From contig NIVC01000553.1 in NCBI GenBank assembly GCA_002269645.1, forward strand, positions 156,554-220,553: a DNA stretch of 64,000 nt, written 5' to 3'. The position numbers and the translations under genes are program-made. How positions within the stretch are numbered: the first letter of the stretch is position 1; each line of letters begins with the position of its first letter. The stretch is from Macrostomum lignano (taxonomy: Eukaryota). Under the pieces are notes generated by a model. That model was not told where the DNA came from. It did not search any database and saw only the letters and a program-made list of their open reading frames with translations. Below are positions 36,521 to 47,627 of the stretch, in pieces.

Positions 36521-39301
36521 CCATAGATTTCTTTGTGGCACTGCAGTTAAGGACTGATGACCTGCATGGCAGACCATCCGCTCATTCAGCAGAAGCAACG
36601 ACACGGTATTACGCTGTGGTTCAGATAATTTTATTTATAGAAGAGAAAAAACCGTTAATAAAGTGAACATTTTTTACTTTTTACTCAATCTGACAAATAG
36701 CAAAAAGTGCCAGCGGTTTCAACAAGAATAACCTTACAAATTTGTTAAAATACGAGTACGCGGAGTCGCAGAGGTTTCAATACAAATGAGTACGAGTATA
36801 TAAACTTTCGGGAATTTACCATGTCAATTACTGAGAAGAAAACTGAGGATAATAAGTTCAATGGGCCTAAGTACAGGGATATAATTTATCATAACATCAA
36901 AATATAAAAGAGATTTATACACGAAAGCAATTGAATCAACATAGAGTTAATTCAATTGTACTATATTCGATTATTTATTAATTTGCCGATGCATTTGGTC
37001 ACAATGGACATCTTCAGGACTTCATTTATGCTCGTAATTTATAAGTCAGAAAACGATTTAGCACAATTGAATTCATTTTATATGTGGATGCGGATGTGGA
37101 TTCTCGCTTTCGTGTATAAATATCTTTTTATCAAGCGAGCTACTTTACCTAAATGAGGTTTAAATAACAAAGTACAGCAGAAATTTCAACTCAATATATC
37201 AGTTTTAATGTGAGTTAGAATTAACAAAGCCATAATTAGTTCTCCGTGTGCCACTCACGAAAGCATTCACCAATGCACAGTCCGGGCGACCCTTGGCAGC
37301 TGGAGCAGACAAAGACTGTCTTTTTCTGAACACCATTTTGCCAGCAAACTCTGCATCTTTTGGCAGGTCTTTCTTGAGCTGCTGTCGCTGGGAGACACTG
37401 AGTGTAGTAGCCATTGTTCTGCTGTGCCTGGCCATTCACAGGAGCAGCCCGTTTTCTGCCAGTACCAGAGTTGACCATCAGCTGACGCACAGTTGTGCGC
37501 AGAAATGAGAGAAATTTAGCGGACCCACCAGCCTTCGAATACAAAATCCAGCAATTGTGTACTCCCTGAAGTAGCAGGTGAAAACCAAAGGCAAGTCTTA
37601 CCATGTTCTTGGAGTAAACAACAGCCGTAATCAGCTTTGTTGCCACCTCTTGCTGACCGCCACGTCGAATTCGGGTGATCTCGGCGGTCGGTACCAGCAA
37701 TGCTCCTGGTGTCGATGAAGTTAACCGTCTTAACTCCACTTTGCTTTCGATCAAGCTTCACAAGCTTCACAGCTAGCAGGCCCCCTTTTCGAGAAAATGC
37801 ACATAGAGTTGGCAGGAAGAGCCAGCTGCCGTAGACAGTCGGGGATCCCGCCATCTTGTCGAACTGTGCCCGTCAGAAATGTGGATTTAGACAGCAGGAA
37901 CTCGGGCAGTCGAGCCGTAGAAAGCCTGCAGCTGTCCGTGAACAGGTTATAGCCAAGGTTTAAAATTTGGCTGCTCAACTCAACCACATTGCGCTCGCTG
38001 ATGGAAAGGTGATCACACTCCAGCCCTTGTCCAAATTTTCCGTTTTCCGCATCCGTACTGTGAATTAAAAAGTTCCACATGTACCCTGTCTGGGATTCGC
38101 ATAGACAGTACATTTTGATGCCAAACTTGTTTCGCTTGCTTGGTATGTACTGACGAAAAATCAGGCGTCCTTTGTACAGCACTAGCGATTTGTCAAGGCA
38201 GATGTTCTGCTCTGGCAAATAAGTATTCTGCATTGCCTGCTGCACAATTCTAAGAAACGGTCGAATCTTTCTTAGAATGTCGTTCAAGTCTGCGATTGCG
38301 GTGCAGTCGTAGAAGCGCAGGAAGTGCATGATTTGTTTATATCGATCTCTTGACAGGCTTGAAGGTTGCTGCATGAAAGGGCACTGGTCGAACGGGTCCG
38401 TAGACCAGTAAAGGTCCAATTCCGGCTTTTTGCTCAGCCCCATGAAAAAGTTGGTCGCTATCACCTTCCTGATCTCGTTCAATGTGCAATTCTTCCAAGT
38501 CTTCAAGATTGGTGGCACCTCAGCTGGCTCACCTCCTTCAGCTTGAAACCTTTCTAACTCAAACCAAGCTTTCTTGTTGGTCCTCTCGCACAGCTTGTTC
38601 ATCAGCGCGTCAGTTAAAAATAGGTCGAAAAAACCATTGAATATTGTTGTCTGGATCAGCTGGCGCCACCAAATCCGGATGCAAGCCAGAGGTCGCCATG
38701 AATTCCGAATTTGGCTCCTGCAAACCATTCTCTCCGGGTACGACGCGTTGCCAGCCACCTATTTCTTCATCCACGGATGCATTGTCTAGATCGGAAGCCT
38801 CATCGGACGAGTCAGTATAGTGGAATCGCTGCTATCTTGATCCTCGTCATCAGACATCAACTGCTCAAAATTTGGTTCCTCGTTGAGTGATGCCATGTAT
38901 AACTACTCGCATCTGTATGCCAACTCTTACAAAATCCAAGCTCTTATGCTAGGTTTTTACAGTGAATTTCCTAACCACATTCATAAGATTTCCTAAAACT
39001 CCAGGTCTTTAGCGGACAGTCCAACCAACTGTCTATGACATAACTACGAGCTATAAAATTATTCAACCTGTCAATGCAGTGAGAACTCCAGTACAATTTT
39101 CAGTCAGGAGCTGTGACACTGAGTACAAACACGCCCATAGACAAAATCGTTGTTGCCTGCAGCCATGGCCTGCATAGCAGACCATCCGTCTTTAAGTGAG
39201 GAGATCAGAAGGTTCACAAAATTAGAATTTCTTCTATGGCCTGCAATGCAGGCCACCCGTTCGCAATTCAGATGACTTGTTTTCAATTCGTCAGGAAGAG
39301 G
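36521..39301 (-). mobile_element. Defective piggyBac transposon (left boundary uncertain)
   Basis: Right terminus ...caggaagagg|TTAA at 39301/39302. A palindromic subterminal motif cctgca-gcag lies near both ends. It contains the transposase remnant below. No matching TIR was found at the left end. Confidence 0.6.
37236..38896 (-). pseudogene. piggyBac transposase (PGBD4-like), multiple frameshifts
   Basis: Acidic N-terminus, FFDLFLTD, FFMGLSKKPELDLYWS, LDKSLVLYKGRLIFRQYIPSKRNKFGIK, LFTD and C-terminal CRVC..C..C..PGLC...CF..WH. The GGVD motif with the third catalytic Asp appears deleted. Confidence 0.9.
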
Positions 39302-39666
39302 TTAATTAAGATTAAGGTAGGCAGTCAATTTTCATGGACCCAGTGACCATTGCTGGCATTGAAGAAGCTCGGTCTCAGCCACCTGCTCGCCAGACTGGAG
39401 CAGGCATTCAACACTGTACATTTGGTCTGTAGGCGACTGCAGCTCATGCAGCTCATCCGTTTGGCCAATTGGCGAAATTTCCAGGTCCAAAAATTAAAGC
39501 AGAGCCCTTCGATTGGCCAGAGCAGAGCTGCTCAATGAGGCTGTAAACATCAGGGCGGCCATAAAGTGCATCTCTTTGTGCAAAAAGATTTTGCCATCAT
39601 TTTCAACTCAGCCCCAAAACTGCAGCCAACAAATTCCAAGCCACATGGAAACTGAGAGCGTCGAAC

Positions 39667-40398
39667 ATGACATCAATGAAAGTTGTGTCCCTGCTGCTGA
39701 TGCTGAGCTCACCCGCTGTGTCCCCTGGCCAGGTGTTCCACGCCATCAACGGCTCGCTCTGCATCCGGCCCGAGCTCGTCAGAAACGAGCCTCAAGCCAG
39801 GTCGGACATCGAGTGCTCGCTGCTCTGCAGCATGGAGCCGCGCTGTCAGGCGTTCAGCCTGGCTGACGGTCCGTGCCAGCTGTTCCTGTTCGACAAGTGC
39901 AGCAAGTCGGTGAGGGACTGCGGCTGCTCCAGGAGAGGCCGGGTGTTCGTGAAGCAGCAGCCGGGACTCGAGCCGGGCGCGCTGTGTCCGTCCGACTACG
40001 GAGACGACCACTGCGGAGTGAAGTACAAGCTGTTCAATGCGATTAACACCTGGGCAGTGCAGAGACAGAGGTGCGAGTCGGAGAGCGGTCTGGTGATCAT
40101 GGCGGACGTGATCGACAGCGCCGAGCTGGCTGCCATCGGACACGTTTTCAACACGAAGGGTGGCGGCGTCTCCATGTGGGTCGGCGGCTTCCAGACTCCG
40201 GGCAGTGCGGAGCCCCGCGGAGGCTGGCGCTGGGTGGCCTGCGACATCAGCTTCGACGCCAGCCTGTGGGGCAGCGGAGAGCCCAGCAATGGAGAAGGCA
40301 AAGAGGACGCTATGGCCGCCCGAACCTTTCTGGGAGACGCTGACAGTCGCGGCGCAGTCAGAACCGGTCTGTGCGAGTGCCTGTCGCCGTTCAACTGA
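39667..40398 (+). CDS. Secreted PAN/apple-domain + C-type lectin-like protein, copy 3 (intact)
   Basis: 243-aa ORF paralogous to copy 1; ligand-site tripeptide EPS. Confidence 0.8.
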   Translation: MTSMKVVSLLLMLSSPAVSPGQVFHAINGSLCIRPELVRNEPQARSDIECSLLCSMEPRCQAFSLADGPCQLFLFDKCSKSVRDCGCSRRGRVFVKQQPGLEPGALCPSDYGDDHCGVKYKLFNAINTWAVQRQRCESESGLVIMADVIDSAELAAIGHVFNTKGGGVSMWVGGFQTPGSAEPRGGWRWVACDISFDASLWGSGEPSNGEGKEDAMAARTFLGDADSRGAVRTGLCECLSPFN

Positions 40399-40999
40399 CT
40401 GTTGAATGGACTTAAGAGAATTTTGGATCTGACCTTTGATTATTATGCAGCGTTGACGCCTCAGACTGTTTTGGTTACTGCTCCACAAACTTTAAGTAGA
40501 ATACGAGCGTAGCATTGAGACAGCATTGAGGCAGTTTAGCGAGATAAATATCCAAACAAAAAATGTAAGAACTTTTTGTTGATTTTAAATACGATTTTCA
40601 ACACATTTTAGTTGCCGTCTTTCGACTAAACTGCCAAGCGGCTACGCTATAGTTTAACCTACAGGAAACCGACTAGTTCAATGTTCGTAGCAATCACAAA
40701 CGGATTGGCTTCTTGGCCGCTTAAAGACGGACATCAACTTTAGCATCGGAACTAGCAATCTACTGACATTGAAGGCAAACTGGAACGGCAAAGCAATTTA
40801 AAATCCATTGTATTTGGAGCTAAAGCAGAGACTGCATTTTTCTGATCGTAAAATAATGTCAGATCTACGACAAGCAGGTAGGTTTTAGATAATGAGACAC
40901 AGCAAAAATGAGACCTTGAGCCCCGCAGTCAGCCAAAAAATTAACTTTGCGCTGCCTCTCCTAAATTGGGACACACCACTGCCTCCTCTGCCCCTTGCA

Positions 41000-41609
41000 C
41001 TGACCTCCCACCGTTGCTGGGCTCTCCGCTGCCCCACAGGCTGGCGTTGAAGCCGTCGGCTCCGCACTGCCCGGAGTCTGGAAGCCGCCGACCCACATGG
41101 AGACGCCGCCACCCTTCGTGTTGTAAATTTGCTGCACATGAGCCAGCTCATTGCCGTCGATCACGTCCGCCATGATCACCAGACCGCTCTCCGACTCGCA
41201 CCTGTCTCTGCACTGCCCAGGTGTTGATCGTATTGAAGAGCTTGTACTTCACTCCGCAGTGGTCGTCTCCGTAGTCGGACGGACACAGCGCGCCCGGCTC
41301 GAGTCCCGGCTGCTGCTTCACGAACACCCGGCCTCTCCTGGAGCAGCCGCAGTTCCTCACCGACTTGCTGCACTTGTCGAAAACGAACAGCTGGCACGGA
41401 CCGTCAGCCAGGCTGAACGCCTGGCAGTGCGTCTCCCTGCTGCAGAATGAAGAGCACTGGATGCTCGATTTAGCGTGTGAATAGGTTCTTATGAACTCAG
41501 GCCGGGTGCAGAGCGAGCCGTTGATGGCGTGGAACACCTGGCCAGGGGACACAGCGGGTGAGCTCAGCAGCATCAGCAGCAGCAGCGACACAACTTTCAT
41601 TGATGTCAT
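41000..41609 (-). pseudogene. PAN/apple + C-type lectin copy 4, inverted, frameshifted and 3'-truncated
   Basis: ATG at 41609 (MTSMKVVSLL). 2-nt deletion in cagagacag(ag)gtgc (~41200), further 1-nt and ~30-nt deletions, and homology ends after EPSNGG. Confidence 0.8.
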
Positions 41610-43467
41610 GTTCGACGCTCCCAACTTTTTATGGGCTGTTTGGGCTGAGTTGACAATAATCTGCAAAATATTTGCAGTAAGAGACGCACTTTATTGCCGC
41701 CCTGATGTTTGAAGCCTCAGTGAGCATCTCTGCTCTGGCCAATCCAAGGGATCTGTTATAATATTTGGACTTGGGAATTTCGCCAATTGGCCAAACGGAT
41801 GAGCTGCATGAGCTGCAGTCGCTTGTAGACCAAATGTGCAGTTTTGAATGTCTGCTCCAGTCTGGTGAGCAGGTGGCTGAGCTTCTCCAATGCGAGCAGG
41901 TGTCAGCGGGTCCATGAAAATCGATGCCGACCCTAACGCTAAACCTAAACCCTAAGCAAGTTGCAAGTTCCTAGTCATGTGCAAGTATTGCCAAGAACAA
42001 GATTGAAAAAATTATTTTATTGTGTTTTTTAAACGGATTTCACAATTTGCTATTCGACTCAGCGTTTGAATGGGGTGAATTAGTGGCAGGGGGCTGTGTG
42101 CACCCTGGCGCACTTTAAGCGACATTGCCACACAACCGGTGAGAGGCATTACTGCTTATTCCATCGAATCCCCTGAGCAGGCACACAGGCGCGCGGATAC
42201 GTACGCAGTCATACTGTACCAACACTTCTAACAAACTGCAACTGTAACGACTGACTCCAACCAATTTTTAACTGCTTGCCTTCTAATATCTATATCTCAA
42301 GACGACTAATAGAGCGAGTTGCTTACTACTGCTGAACATTTTGTTAATGGTGTGTATTTATTATTTACAATTGTTTGCCATACCATAGGCACTAGTAGCA
42401 GAGTTATAAGTCAGGAGTAAATCAATAGGTCTCCAAGCTTCTATCCACGTTTTGGTACTTGAAATGAATCCTGATGAAAATTCTCCCCCATCCCCCATGC
42501 CCCCGTGGTTCGCTGTAAGCTTTGAAAATTTGGGCTGAACCTCCTAACGAACAGAACTCTAAGGAAGGCAAGTTATATCAAAAGATGAACATTGGGTCTG
42601 CCTCCTATCAAAGGAAATAACCATTTTTGTTCTGAAATAATGAAAACCCATCTCCGTAATGCTTTTTTCGGTAAAACCTGCCTCCTAAAATTTTCCAAGA
42701 AACAGCTTCCGTCACACTTGAGTAGTATAAGGATCATATTTAATCGACTATTGTAGGGACTATTAAGAATAGGATTTAGGTTAGGTTAGGTTTGGAAATT
42801 AGAAAACTGTTGTTATCAGAGCGTGGTGGAGTGTACGCTCGTAGCAGTTGTGGACAGCTGCACTCTTACAAAAAGCCACAAGTGTTTGATAACGGCATTG
42901 TAAAGGGCGAGTGCAGGCCGCCTTAACTTCACTTATTTCCACTTTAAAGATTATTTATGCATTTTATGTGAGGCGGGGATTCAACTACATCTAGTACTAT
43001 ACAAGTTGTATCAGATGACCCACAATCGAGGAAGGTCCGTTGAATCGGCCGGAACGTTGCGAGCCTGGGAACGGCGCGTTATCTGATGATGCAAATTTTT
43101 TGAAGGGGTTGCGTGGGGGAAATTTATTATAAATACCTCGATGGTTGAACATCTATCCTCACCTGTTGTTCAACGCGGGTTCAGCTAGGCTAGACGCGGA
43201 TCAGCCCTAGGAGGGGGCTCTGCGGGGCTCTGCGGCAGAGGTGTGTAGAGGGGTGGGTCCACCAAGGGTACTAGACCCAGGTCACCTGAAAATTGGATTC
43301 CTCCTGTTCATAGAGCACAAAGCTAGTTTTTTGGGCTGCGCACAAAGTTTCGCAGACTATTGGAGAGGCCGGAGAGCCAGAGCCATAAGAGGCAAGATTG
43401 GGCGCCTTCAGGGGCGAAAATTTTGGGGGTCCTAACTGCGAAGCTCAATTTTTATTCCAAGGCCAGC

Positions 43468-46400
43468 CATAGAAATCTAGAATACTAACTGGAAGTGAAG
43501 GCTTCTTTGTCGGGGAGTTCAAGTCGTTCCTACCCGGGCCGATTCTTTTTAGCTTGAAAATGTTATAGTGACTAAACCCGCATCCAAAAGACCCTCCCAA
43601 AAACCCCCAGCCCTTTAAAACTCTTTCTTGTTGCTCATGCCTTCATCTTTCATTCCCTTCAAGCTCAGACAGCACCCAGATGTACACTGTAAATGCTGTA
43701 CAGTGATAGCAAACCCTGGACTGGAGCAAAACAGAGAGCTCTTTACAGTGGTGCACGATCAATTGAATAGGAGTGGGGATATTCTTGGGAGGAAGGAAAG
43801 GATATGGGAAATGAGAGGAGGGAAATGTACATCAAACAGTATTCTGCACAGGAAAATAATATATATAACAAAGAGGCAACCGGCTGTTAGCACCCAAATC
43901 CAGCCAAAACTGAATATCATAACTGAATATAATTTGCCTAGATGGGATACAAATGCGCTGCATTTAATTGCCAATCTGGCTACGCAAGAAGGACTTCGAA
44001 CAATGATTCGAATGTAAAAACATCTTTCCATGCCTTTCCGTTAAATGATCCACAACTGATGACTGAGTGGCTCCGAAGAATTCGCAGAGAGCACTATGCC
44101 CCAACTAAGGAGTCTCGGTTGTGCTCTGCGCACTTTTTGGAGTCGGACTTCATCAGCACATCGCAAGACTCCAACACTCGTCGAAAGCGCAAGAGAAATG
44201 CGCAACTGAGCCTGCGCGTTTTACGAAAGGGAGCCATCCCCTCTGTTTTCCCTCAACTTCCGGAAAGACTGCAGCCAATGGCTTCTACTTCCCGGACCGA
44301 ATCAGCCACAGCTGAGCTACGACACCAAGCCGAAAGTGACAGGCTAGAAACAGCGGCATCGGAGTTTCTGTCGTTGGATAAAGTGGGATCGCTGGAGGAA
44401 ATCAAGACCATGCTAGAGAGCAATCCGATTCCTGTTGGATTCGTTCCTGTGTTTGGCGCCGACTCCATTGCGTTCTGCCTGATTGATGTGGAGGATGTCC
44501 CGAATCTGGTCTGCTCTGTAAAAATTCAACGCGATATGATTGCTTCTTGGAAAGATCACCTTGTTTTCGCAGATTCAAAACTTATTAGCTTTAGCAAAAT
44601 CGTGGGGCATCCCTGATCCCAATCCGAGAAGCGCAGAAGCTAAATGGATTGAAGCTGCCATCGATTGCCTGTGCAACTTGCTGGAGGAATCGAATGACTC
44701 TGCCACGCCACTGATGCAGCAAGTCCAGTTTATAGTGGAGCAGCTTAGGCTTCGTTGCCAGGCAAAGGAGGCTTGACGGTACTCCCCTGGTTTGATAGTG
44801 TTTGCCATGGTGCTGAAGTCCACCAGTTCAGCTTGCTACCAGGTGCTGCTGGATCAAGACCTGCTTGTTCTGCCATCAGTTAGACGACTAACGGCGATTT
44901 CTAGTCCTCTGTCTGTCAGCCCTGGCGTCTCGGACGAAAATTACCTTCATCTACGGACTCAAAATCTGTCAATAATGGAGAGTAATGTCAACCTGATTAT
45001 TCATGAGATCGCCTAATATTACTACACCTAAATCGAAGAATAGACTACTCTTCCGGGTCTATTGTTGGCATGCAGGAGGCCAACCCGGCTTCAACAATGC
45101 TCTGCTTCATGGTCAAGTCAATCGCCGGAAAGTACCGCGATGTCGTCGCACTTTTCCGCCTCAGCAAGTTGACTGCCGAAATATTGCACGAGCACTACAG
45201 CGTCATGGGGATGCTGCAGCGCACAAACCTTAATGTAGTGACCATCTTGGTTGACAACCATTCCGCAAACCGTGCGTTTTTTGTCCACAAGCTTTGCGGT
45301 GGCATTCTGCAAACATGCGTACCCCATCCGTTTCATCGAGAAAAGAAGATTTTCCTTCTGTTTGACCCAACGCACACAATTAAAAACGTCTATAACAATT
45401 TTCAGAAAAGGCAGTCTCTGGAGCTCCCAGCAAAAGATAGCGCCTTTTTTAATGTCCCGCTACCACATGAGAAGAGAACGGCTGATTCCTTAATTGTAGC
45501 AAAATTTGAGAACATCAAAGAGCTGTACAATCTGGAACAGGACAAGCCACTCAAACTGGCCCCAAAACTCAACTCAAGCGTCATCGATCCAAAAAGTATT
45601 CAGAAGACCTCACCAAAGTTGGCACTAGCTGTGTTTTCTGAGTCTACCGCGCACGCCTTGGAATATTACTCGGCGAATCAAGGAAAGCCGTGGGGCGACA
45701 CTGCGACTTTTGTCCATGCGGTGACGCAACTTTGGAAAGTTTTAAATGTCAAGACGAGCTCAATTGGCAAACATAAAAGAGACTGTTGCTGAGATCCAGT
45801 CAGGTCAGACACAGATTGGAAGCTTACCTACCTCGCGGACGTCGCTAATTATCTGCGCGAATGGAAGGCCTGCAGAAGCAAAGGTCTTAGTGACGAAACC
45901 TTTCTGGCCCTCAGTCACAAGCTGGATGCTCTAGTTGAAGTCTGCAGGTACTTACTCATAGTCTTATGTTTGAATATGCTCTGGTCGGAGCTTTCCAGTC
46001 GGATCCACTGGAAGGAAGATTTGGATGGTACCGTCACCGAAAAGGATTAAACTACTATGTTTCGTGCAAAGATGTTCTGGATGGTGAGAAGGCAATCCGT
46101 TCTGTTTCAGTTCTGAAGTTCAGACATGCTGCACCACAGGCAATTCAGTCACTTGCAGCTGCAAAGGACCTGCACAGCGAGAGCAGCGACTTAATGGAAG
46201 AAGCCGGGCAAATTGCAGACCAACTAAACCTAATTGGGGAGATCGAAGCAGCTGATGCCAACGTAACCTACTATGTGGCTGGAAAAATCGCCAAGTCCAT
46301 CACAGCGCAAAGAAGCTGCACTGCATGCAACCAGCTACTAGTTGCCACTCCAGACGAATCTGCAGCCGAAGCGCCATCTGACTTTCTGCGACAGCTAGAC

Positions 46401-46943
46401 CGCGGTGGTCTAACGAACCCTTCTGACCTGGTGTTCACCATCTGCAAAGAGGCTTGGGTGATAATCATGCAACTGCAGCGCTGTCAGCGATTTCTGAAAT
46501 CGAGGTACAGACACATCAGTCTGTTTGAAGCAGTTTGTTCCAAGATTTTTGAACAACTCCCACAGTTGCGATTCCAAACGCATTGTGAGTATCAGCATCC
46601 AATCTTGCAGCTGGTGTGCAGGAAGATGTTTAACACTGCTGCAAAGAACTGGACTAAACACCTGTCCGCATCAGCGACTGGACCGACTGTAAGAAAAGTT
46701 GCAAAGTTTGGCGCCCACTGATGGTAAGTTTTGCATTCACTGCACTGCTTGAGAAATATAGCTTGTGTACTCTTGGTGAGCAATATACCTTAAATAAAAT
46801 TGTTTCAATGGAAAGAATGATAAATAAACATTAAAATTTTGGGGGAAATAAAACTTTTGGGGAAGAGGAGCTTTTTATCCCGGCCCGGGTATGTACGCCC
46901 CCGCGAAAGCCTTCACTTCCAGTTAGTATTCTAGATTTCTATG
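43468..46943 (+). mobile_element. P-superfamily DNA transposon (THAP transposase), decayed
   Basis: Perfect 37-bp TIR CATAGAAATCTAGAATACTAACTGGAAGTGAAGGCTT at 43468 and its reverse complement ending at 46943. No TSD detected. Confidence 0.9.
43942..46721 (+). pseudogene. THAP-domain P-element transposase (THAP9-like), stops and frameshifts
   Basis: THAP C..C..FH.FP..W...LCSAHF...IP.VFP; catalytic-region motifs IIHEI (D to H), VDNHSAN, FDPTHTIKN and FQSDPLEGRFG, split over several frames. Confidence 0.88.
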
Positions 46944-47627
46944 ACTGTTCAAGCCAGGAATTCGTTCCTCTGGTCTTTATGTGGGGTGGGGTAGGGAAGA
47001 GACGAAGTCAGTTAAGGGTGCCTAGCTAGCTAGCTTGGAGCACGCTCTAACTTGACAAGTCCGCTAGGGCAGGGAATACTCTACATATGGAAGTGACACT
47101 CCCCGATTCAGGCCTCTCAGGGCGGACCAACCCAGGCCAAGGTTTTTTTCGAACGAAAAAGCATGACTTGAAAAAAGCTTTGTTACTTCTTGCTTAGAGG
47201 GGGGTTTCAAACACTGTCCACTCTGTCCCGACTCCCTTATTTCGAAAGGAGCAGAAGAGCAGGGGCAGAGAGGACAGTGAGAAAAAAATAATGTTAGAGA
47301 GGAAAACACTGACTTAACAAAAATAAAGACACTTAATGTACATCCTGTATACAATAGTTGGCGCTCTGGGGATGAACCATGAACGTACATCTGCCTTTTC
47401 CCTGTCCTTTCAGTTGTGATTATTATATAAACTCCAACAAAGTTTCGAGTAACGAAAAATCCCATTTTCCTGCTGTGTTATTGACTGCAATTCCTGGTTC
47501 CGGCTATGCGAATGCGATCCACACCGACAGAGAAGAAAATTCGCTTTTATTCCTTTTCAAAGGACACTTCATTGCTGCAGCGACGGCTACATGCCATTCT
47601 GAACAAAAATCTGCATCAGCATTTTGA

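Noticed and set aside
36552-36600. Hammerhead ribozyme (CTGATGA core)
   Set aside because: Stem II is not followed by GAAA and no stem I/III pairing was found. None was found near the Penelope fragment either.
30381-41450. Antisense and off-frame ORFs over the lectin genes
   Set aside because: Shadow ORFs from high GC3; they repeat only because the genes are paralogs.
41931-41957. Interstitial telomere (CCCTAA-like); also TTAGG at 42771-42793
   Set aside because: Only 3-4 degenerate units, too short to call.
42811-42822. Copia iMet primer-binding site (TGTTATCAGAGC)
   Set aside because: One mismatch in the obligatory TGG, no LTR end before it and no gag after it.
43942-46721. Frame breaks in the P transposases as introns
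   Set aside because: Homology to the paralog at 59659 runs straight through the breaks, and no GT-AG pairs remove them.
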